Origin: an uncultured Alphaproteobacteria bacterium
GTDB lineage: Bacteria; Pseudomonadota; Alphaproteobacteria; RF32; CAG-239
Length of the DNA: 64,000 bases
Direction of reading: 5' to 3'
Assembly (NCBI GenBank): GCA_944393225.1
Contig: CALXZK010000002.1
Span: 15,148 to 79,147, forward strand
Notes under the pieces: model-generated
Seen by the model: the letters and a program-made list of their open reading frames with translations, nothing else
What the model was told of the DNA's origin: nothing
The model's database searches: none
Made by a program: the position numbers and the translations under genes
Part shown: in pieces, positions 57,979-64,000 of the stretch
Layout of the letters: each line of letters opens with the position of its first letter
Numbering within the stretch: the stretch's first letter is position 1

Positions 57979-58380
57979 TTAAGAGTTTGTTAAAAAAATA
58001 TATAATTGGTATGGTGTAATAATGCTAACCTTATGAATTCCCAATATTCTCTTAACAAATTCAACACATGTAAAAAATCCGAGCGGCGCGCATTTCAGCG
58101 GTGCTTGTTGAAACTCCACCGGCAGAACTGTCACATTTTTGCTTGTTTTTAAGTGATTTATATAATCCAAACCCAATAAAGATTCGTGTTTGAAGATATA
58201 CAACTGATTCGACATAGGATTAAGTTCCAACCATAGGTTGTGCTTTTTTGATATGCAAATTAGCATATAACAATGTCTGTAGCCTTTTTTTAAAAATCTT
58301 AGCCACCACAAACTGGTGTTGTTTTCAAAAACCACATAGCCTTTAAAAAAATATCCGCTTTGGAATCCGGAATTACGCAT
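57979..58380 (-). CDS. Hypothetical protein, possible permuted papain-like (NlpC/P60-related) fold
   Basis: GYRHC (His) ... FTCVEFVKRILG ... TPYQL (Cys) order. Confidence 0.5.
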   Translation of the reverse strand: MRNSGFQSGYFFKGYVVFENNTSLWWLRFLKKGYRHCYMLICISKKHNLWLELNPMSNQLYIFKHESLLGLDYINHLKTSKNVTVLPVEFQQAPLKCAPLGFFTCVEFVKRILGIHKVSIITPYQLYIFLTNS

Positions 58381-58389
58381 TTGTTTCTC

Positions 58390-58728
58390 CTACAAAATTT
58401 TATAATATCTTAAATAAACATCAAAATTGCGTAAGCCTTCTTCCCACAAGCGGATTTCACTGCGTTTTGCTCTCTTATCATCCCAAGGAGCAAGCTGTTT
58501 TTCTCCCCACTCTGTCATCACACGCAAATGCCGATTGCTGATGTGATGATGAAGTTTCATGTTTTTTATTATTCGATAAATATCTGTTATTTCACAACAT
58601 CTTGGTTTACCACAATAATCTGACCGTGAGCGCAAACCTCCCGCTCTTGCTTGCACCGAGGTGCAAAACCAAAACCAAACTTCTTCGGCATTTTCAAACG
58701 GTTCAAAATTTTCTTTCATTCCCTTCAT
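58390..58728 (-). CDS. Hypothetical protein, first gene of the cluster (candidate activator/antiterminator)
   Basis: PFENAEEVWFW...PRCCEITDI...WGEKQLAP...RLWEEGL; divergent from the repressor. Confidence 0.55.
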   Translation of the reverse strand: MKGMKENFEPFENAEEVWFWFCTSVQARAGGLRSRSDYCGKPRCCEITDIYRIIKNMKLHHHISNRHLRVMTEWGEKQLAPWDDKRAKRSEIRLWEEGLRNFDVYLRYYKIL

Positions 58729-58752
58729 GCTCCCCTTGAAATGTTAACACAA

Positions 58753-58771
58753 TTAACCAAATATTAACCAT
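58753..58771 (+). promoter_or_regulatory. CtrA-type binding box TTAA-N7-TTAAC(CAT)
   Basis: ttaa-ccaaata-ttaac-cat in the divergent intergenic region, plus another ttaac at 58744. Confidence 0.45.
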
Positions 58772-58884
58772 AAAGTTTTATACATTAGGTTGTAGGAATT
58801 TCAACATAAAAAAGAATTGATTCCTATTTCATCTTTTGTTATGATAGGAAAAATTGCCTTTAACCCTTTCTGAAAGCAAAAAAA

Positions 58885-59505
58885 ATGAAATATGAAAATG
58901 TTTGGGATGCTGTTGATAAGTTGGCAGAAAAGCATGGACTTTCGCCTTCCGGTCTGGCAAAACTCGCCGGTCTTGACGCTACCACTTTTAATAAAAGCAA
59001 ACGTATTCGCCCTGACGGTAAAAAAAGATGGCCTTCTCTTGATAGCATTAACCGCTTGCTCGAAATATTTAATATCACCTTTGAGCAATTCTATGCGCTT
59101 AGCGCCGGAACAGAAGAAAAAGAAAACGGTTCAATCCCTTTTATCAAACTCTCGGAATTGAATGCACAAAATTTTCCTGTCGATTTTAAAATAGCGGCAC
59201 AAAATTGGAGTAAAGTGCTTTTTCCTGATTTTAAAGAGACTCTTTATGCCATTGAAGTTGACAACGAAGCTTATTTTCCGCTATACCGTTTCGGTACAAT
59301 GCTTATTGTTTCTGAAAATTCTGACATCCGCAAAGGAGATCGCGTGGTTATCTACCTTAATGATGGCTCTATCTTATTGCAAGAATTTGTCAGAAGAACC
59401 CCTTCTAAACTGATTGTTACCGACATCAATCATCCCGAAGCCGAAGAAACAATTGCCATTGCCGATATCAACCTCATCAACCGCATTGTCTGGGTTAGTC
59501 AGTAG
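58885..59505 (+). CDS. XRE-HTH + S24-like (CI/LexA-like) repressor with degenerate catalytic dyad
   Basis: WDAVDKLAEKHGLSPSGLAKLAGLDATTFNKSKR...RWPS; C-terminal EVDNEAYFPLY and LLQEF. Confidence 0.85.
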   Translation: MKYENVWDAVDKLAEKHGLSPSGLAKLAGLDATTFNKSKRIRPDGKKRWPSLDSINRLLEIFNITFEQFYALSAGTEEKENGSIPFIKLSELNAQNFPVDFKIAAQNWSKVLFPDFKETLYAIEVDNEAYFPLYRFGTMLIVSENSDIRKGDRVVIYLNDGSILLQEFVRRTPSKLIVTDINHPEAEETIAIADINLINRIVWVSQ

Positions 59506-59515
59506 GAGATGCTCT

Positions 59516-59761
59516 TTGAATATAAAAAAATATTTGCAGCTGAGCGATAAAAAACTGCTCGAATTGGAAAATAAATATCAGTTTCTTCCCGACGAAGAAG
59601 AAATTGATAGTTTGAGGTTGTCGGCTGATAAATCTTGCTTGAAAGAAACTGCCCGTATTGCCAGACTTCATGCGCTGCAAAGACGAACCGAAAAAGCAGA
59701 AAAACTCCTTTCCGAAAAACGCAAACAAGCCATATTAAGCCGCTTTATTCGTCCTGAATAA
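59516..59761 (+). CDS. Hypothetical helical protein
   Basis: Probable TTG start at 59516 after aggag RBS (frame of track ORF 59414-59761). Confidence 0.45.
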   Translation: MNIKKYLQLSDKKLLELENKYQFLPDEEEIDSLRLSADKSCLKETARIARLHALQRRTEKAEKLLSEKRKQAILSRFIRPE

Positions 59762-60242
59762 CCGGTTCTTGATGAAAAGTTTGATAAATTTGCGATAATG
59801 TTTGCTCCGGATCTCCGGCAAAATCTATAGAAATTTTATTTCCTAACGTGCATTTTTTGTTTTGCGCATCATAAAAGCAAAACGGTGTTGAAAACCAATC
59901 GGCATATTCTTTACTATCATCAATATGAATAGTGATTTTTTTCTCGGCACAATATTCGCCTTTGGCCATGTTCCATAACATATCGGGAACTTTGTATTCG
60001 CCGTTTTTGTAATATTCTACCATGCCCTGTGCATCATAATAATCCAATATGGCAAAGAGCTCTTTATAAATTATTTTATGGTCTTGCAAAAATCTATCAA
60101 CCACATTTCTCGGACCGCCGGTAATAATATAAATTTCTATACCCATTTGCTTGGCAAGATGCGTAAAACGGCTGAAATATTCGGGATATTTATCAACCAC
60201 ACCATGAAAATCCAACCCAATGCGAATCGGCTCATTATTCAT
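59745..60242 (-). CDS. HAD-like hypothetical protein
   Basis: IGLDFHGV (variant DxD motif), YIITGG, K...HIDDS. Confidence 0.55.
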   Translation of the reverse strand: MNNEPIRIGLDFHGVVDKYPEYFSRFTHLAKQMGIEIYIITGGPRNVVDRFLQDHKIIYKELFAILDYYDAQGMVEYYKNGEYKVPDMLWNMAKGEYCAEKKITIHIDDSKEYADWFSTPFCFYDAQNKKCTLGNKISIDFAGDPEQTLSQIYQTFHQEPVIQDE

Positions 60243-63200
60243 CTTTATCGCCTCCGAATATAGACCCCATTAAATCTTTTAATGAACTTGGGCTTAAAGC
60301 AGACAACGGATTAATGTTGATGGCAGGATCATCCAATCCACCGGTGATGGTATAATTGGCTGCAAATACCGTTCCGTCTTTTCCGCTCAAGATATTTCCG
60401 ACAATCGGTAGTTTTCCAATGAAGTTATTTAAGCCATATGCCGGAGCAATTACACCTTTAATATTCAGCTCCTCGGAATTGCGGTCAAAATCACCATTTA
60501 CCGTAATTCCCATAACATTACCAAAGGCTTTTCCTTCATGAAAACTCAAAACCTGATTTTGATAAGTGAACGGAATGTCTAAGTGCGAAAAGGCAATACC
60601 CTCTCCCGTTAACATATTCACCATTCCGCTGAAAGAAGCCACGGTTAGAAGTTTGGCCAACAAAGGCGTGTTATGAATGTTGAAATCTCTTATCTTGGCA
60701 TGCCCGATAAATTGTTTGTTCTTCTCTCGCTTACCGTTAATGCTCAAGCGACCGCCACGCATGTTGTCATATACACGCAAAAACTTTAAGGTTCCGCCGG
60801 CATCATTACTATCTATGGAAAGCAGATATTCTTTATTGGGACGCGGAGAATAATCCAACTTCAGATATTTCTTTTGCGAGCTGTCAAAATTGCCAATCAA
60901 GTGCATATCTTCAATACCGACACCATTACGCAATTTTGCCGAGCCGGCAAAGTTTTTAACCGAAACATATTCATTGGTCCAAATGTTATTTACGGCAATA
61001 AATATATCGGTATCAGTTACATTTTCCAGCGCGTCTTCGTCTTCTTTCACGCCGGTATTTTTCTTGCCATCGGGTGTGGTTTTAACTTCATCTTCCTTAA
61101 AGAGTTCCGATAAATCGTAACTGCTTCCCGATACATTGACTTTGATTTTTTGTTTGGTTGTATTGGCAAATTCTATTTTGGCTTTGGCATTGGTTTTAGG
61201 AGCCTTGATTTCGGTAATATCAATAACTTTGATTTTGCCGTTTTTATCAACACTCATTTTTCCGTTCAAGACAAAGTCTTTTTTCTTAAAGCCAAAATTG
61301 GGAATTTCGGTCAGATTTCCGTTTTGGAAATCTAAACGTACGGAAGCTTCACCTTTTTGTTGTTTGGGCTTATACAAACCTAAGAAAGAATAATCAACTT
61401 CGGCATCGGTCATATCTGCGGTTAAATCGGCTTGGATGTGTTTGTCATCAAACTTGGTGATGGTTGCAAGTACGATTGTTTTGCCTTTGATATACGGCGG
61501 ATTGACAAACTCAGTATCAATGCCGGCTTTTTTCTTGACATTATCATCAAAAACAAAGCCCAAATTATACTTACTTTTATAAAGCTTATTGGCAAAATTT
61601 TCATTCCAAGAAAGTTTGAGCGGAATATTGTCAAGTTTGGCATCACCTTCAACCAACAAGCCATTGTTATCTACATTTAACAAAAGTTTTTTAGATGTGA
61701 TAGCTTGCTTATCCAAAACATCGGGAATTTCGACATCAGTCAAAACAGATGAAACTTTCACTTTGACTTCATCGGGGGCTAAATCACGTTTTAATTCAAA
61801 ATCCAAATACAAATCGGTAGCTGCGTTGCCCTTGAATGAATCCGGTTTAATGCCCATTTCCGTAGCATAATTCAAGGGCTTATGATCAATCAGTTTCAAA
61901 GCATCGGAAATGCTTGATTCTGCCTGCAAACTAATTTCAGCAAAATTATCATATTTGTTCAAATCATACAGACGAACGAAACCGCTATTAACCAAAACAT
62001 TGTTTGACACTGCCTTATCAAAATCTATTTTGATGGTATCATTGGAAAAATGTGCCGTACCGTACATATTGGTAACGCGCGGCATTCCGGTTAAATAATC
62101 CAAGCTCACATCTGCAACCGAACCAACGCCTGACAATGTTTGAAAAGCAAAAGTTTTGCTCTTTTTATCATAGCCGAAATCAAACTCAAAATCGGCATTT
62201 TTGATTTCTCCGCCAAAGAGGCTCGACTTACACCAATCCCAAGCCAAAGTTCCGGCATAACGCGGCCAATAATCATACAACTCATCAAACTTAACGCTAT
62301 CAATATGTGTCTTTAATTTGAGTTTTAAATTGTCCATAGAGCGTTTAAGCAAATAGTCTTTCATGCCATCGACATAAACGCTGACCAATGCTTTTTGTGC
62401 GCCTAAGTCAAAAGAAGCTTTTTCAATTTGCAATTTATCCAAACCGGCAGACAAATCTCCGCTCAACATAAAACCGTCAATTTTATAATCCTCATCTGCT
62501 TTATCGGTAAAATGAATGGTGCCGCTGCCACCTTCAAAATTAAACTTTAATTTTTCAATGGCGGAATCTAAACTTTTGATAACATCTTCTTTGTTTTTTA
62601 GAACTTCGGCAAAGTCAATCAAGGCATCTACTCTACCGCTAACCGGTACCGTAATTTTTATAAATTTTTGTGCTTCTTCTTCCCCAAACAAGCTTTCAAT
62701 AATATCATTTGGGAAAAGCTCAGAAAAATAAAACTGTACGCCGACTTTATTTCTAAAGGGACGATATTCGGCATCCAAGCCGATGGAAGATTCATGATTA
62801 TTGGCTTTGATTAAAGCATTAAAACTGGTTTCGATATTGGAAAAATTGCGCTCAAAGCGATAGTTCAAATCAGAAAAGACCCATTTTCTGCCTAAATCAA
62901 CCTCGTGAAACTCAACTGATGCATTTTCAATTACAATATCATTGATATAACTCTCGGGATAGACCTTGTCTTCAGAATTGAAGCGGTCAATAAACTCTTC
63001 AAAACTATCAAAATAATATTCAATTTTTTTCTGATTGACCTCGTTTTTATTTTCTTCCTTAATACCATATTCAGTAAAGACATAAACCGTGGGCTTGCTT
63101 ACTTCAATAGAACTCGGAGCAATAATACCTCTGAGCAAAGCTCGAATACTGAAAGATAATGATGTTCTCGGTGCCGTAATGGCAAAGCTTCCATCAGCTT

Positions 63201-63459
63201 TGCGATAATCTACATTGTTAGCTATGATTTTCAGAGGTTTGACGGAGCGGACGAGCTCAATATTCACACTATCCAAAGTTACTTGATATTGGCTGTCATC
63301 ATGGTTCAAGGCTTTGATGATATATGGTTTTAAGAAAGGTACCTCAACCGGTCCACGATACAACTGCCACAAAAAAAGCAAGAAAAAGGCTAAAAATATC
63401 ACGCCCACAAAATCTAAAATTTTGTGCATACGATATGCCGTAAGCCCCATCTTTTTCAT
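60235..63459 (-). CDS. YhdP/AsmA-like (DUF3971) outer-membrane biogenesis protein
   Basis: N-terminal TM, RGPVEVPFL, long beta-rich body, C-terminal GNVMGIT..G...PAYGLN...P.VG.IL...INPLSALSP. Confidence 0.8.
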   Translation of the reverse strand: MKKMGLTAYRMHKILDFVGVIFLAFFLLFLWQLYRGPVEVPFLKPYIIKALNHDDSQYQVTLDSVNIELVRSVKPLKIIANNVDYRKADGSFAITAPRTSLSFSIRALLRGIIAPSSIEVSKPTVYVFTEYGIKEENKNEVNQKKIEYYFDSFEEFIDRFNSEDKVYPESYINDIVIENASVEFHEVDLGRKWVFSDLNYRFERNFSNIETSFNALIKANNHESSIGLDAEYRPFRNKVGVQFYFSELFPNDIIESLFGEEEAQKFIKITVPVSGRVDALIDFAEVLKNKEDVIKSLDSAIEKLKFNFEGGSGTIHFTDKADEDYKIDGFMLSGDLSAGLDKLQIEKASFDLGAQKALVSVYVDGMKDYLLKRSMDNLKLKLKTHIDSVKFDELYDYWPRYAGTLAWDWCKSSLFGGEIKNADFEFDFGYDKKSKTFAFQTLSGVGSVADVSLDYLTGMPRVTNMYGTAHFSNDTIKIDFDKAVSNNVLVNSGFVRLYDLNKYDNFAEISLQAESSISDALKLIDHKPLNYATEMGIKPDSFKGNAATDLYLDFELKRDLAPDEVKVKVSSVLTDVEIPDVLDKQAITSKKLLLNVDNNGLLVEGDAKLDNIPLKLSWNENFANKLYKSKYNLGFVFDDNVKKKAGIDTEFVNPPYIKGKTIVLATITKFDDKHIQADLTADMTDAEVDYSFLGLYKPKQQKGEASVRLDFQNGNLTEIPNFGFKKKDFVLNGKMSVDKNGKIKVIDITEIKAPKTNAKAKIEFANTTKQKIKVNVSGSSYDLSELFKEDEVKTTPDGKKNTGVKEDEDALENVTDTDIFIAVNNIWTNEYVSVKNFAGSAKLRNGVGIEDMHLIGNFDSSQKKYLKLDYSPRPNKEYLLSIDSNDAGGTLKFLRVYDNMRGGRLSINGKREKNKQFIGHAKIRDFNIHNTPLLAKLLTVASFSGMVNMLTGEGIAFSHLDIPFTYQNQVLSFHEGKAFGNVMGITVNGDFDRNSEELNIKGVIAPAYGLNNFIGKLPIVGNILSGKDGTVFAANYTITGGLDDPAININPLSALSPSSLKDLMGSIFGGDKDE

Positions 63460-63465
63460 TTTCTT

Positions 63466-64000
63466 TTACCCCACTTTGGCAGCCAAAGATGCTGCTAAAA
63501 ATAAGTCTATATCCCCATCTAACACAGCTTTGGTGTCTGAAGTTTCAACCTCGGTACGCAAGTCTTTGACCAACTTATAAGGTTGCAAAACATAAGAGCG
63601 AATTTGGTATCCCCAGCCGTTATCACCCTGATTATCTCTGGCTTCTTCGGCTTTGGCTTCGCGTTTCTTCAACTCCATTTCATACAAACGTGCTTTTAAC
63701 ATATTCCATGCACTCTCACGGTTTTGAAACTGTGAACGCTGGTTTTGACACTGAACCACGATACCGGTCGGAATATGGGTGATACGTACCGCAGAATCGG
63801 TTTTATTAATATGTTGTCCGCCGGCACCAGAGGAACGATATGTATCAACACGGCAATCAGCCTCGTTGATTTCAATATTAATCTTATCATCCACCACCGG
63901 ATAAACACCGACTGAGGCAAAGCTGGTGTGACGTCTGGCTCCGCTGTCAAAAGGAGAGATACGCACCAAACGATGTACCCCTGTTTCTGATTTGAGCCAA
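63466..64000 (-). CDS. prfB: Peptide chain release factor 2, C-terminal part (runs off the window end)
   Basis: [13 protein letters not shown] (SPF motif), [26 protein letters not shown]. Confidence 0.97.
   Translation of the reverse strand, partial: WLKSETGVHRLVRISPFDSGARRHTSFASVGVYPVVDDKINIEINEADCRVDTYRSSGAGGQHINKTDSAVRITHIPTGIVVQCQNQRSQFQNRESAWNMLKARLYEMELKKREAKAEEARDNQGDNGWGYQIRSYVLQPYKLVKDLRTEVETSDTKAVLDGDIDLFLAASLAAKVG

Larger units (their letters stand above)
47487..59505. mobile_element. Podovirus-derived morphogenesis/lysis cluster lacking integrase and replication genes (cryptic prophage or GTA-like element)
   Basis: Terminase, holin, hydrolase, portal, scaffold, capsid and tail tubular A/B in one orientation plus a divergent repressor; tightly packed ORFs with no visible stops or frameshifts. 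Confidence 0.8.

Noticed and set aside
63466-64000. prfB +1 programmed frameshift
   Set aside because: The site would be near the gene start, outside this window.

Overview
A 64-kb chromosomal window from an AT-rich alphaproteobacterium. Gene order (divergent mfd/recG, atpHAGDC-priA-xerC, xth/dgt-SPOR-nagZ, yhdP-prfB) suggests Rhodospirillales-like ancestry; this is inference from synteny, not a computed phylogeny. Most of the window is housekeeping: bamE, mfd, recG, F1 ATP synthase, priA, xerC, rpmG (missed by the ORF track), rnr, xth, dgt, nagZ, CoA-transferase A/B, surE, rpsI/rplM, mutS, a PhoR-like kinase, cysS, gltX, yhdP-like and prfB (partial). The main accessory feature is a ~12-kb co-oriented podovirus-type morphogenesis and lysis cluster (47.5-59.5 kb) with T7-like terminase, SleB-like hydrolase, 3TM GTA-type holin, portal, scaffold, capsid and tail tubular A/B. 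It has no recognisable integrase, replication genes, tail fibre or large ejection proteins. It is headed by a divergent switch (catalytically dead XRE-S24 repressor, CtrA-type box) and interrupted by three intrinsic terminators, so it is a candidate domesticated gene-transfer-agent-like element. Also present: a dispersed ~105-bp palindromic repeat family with a compensatory base change (four partial or complete copies), a rod-like structured element after xerC, an orphan-gene island (7.2-11.7 kb) with a G1PDH-like enzyme and a possible cysteine protease, an orphan zeta-toxin-like kinase coupled to surE, and a degenerate TatA-like peptide. I found no rRNA, tRNA or CRISPR array. All calls are by eye; no database searches were run.
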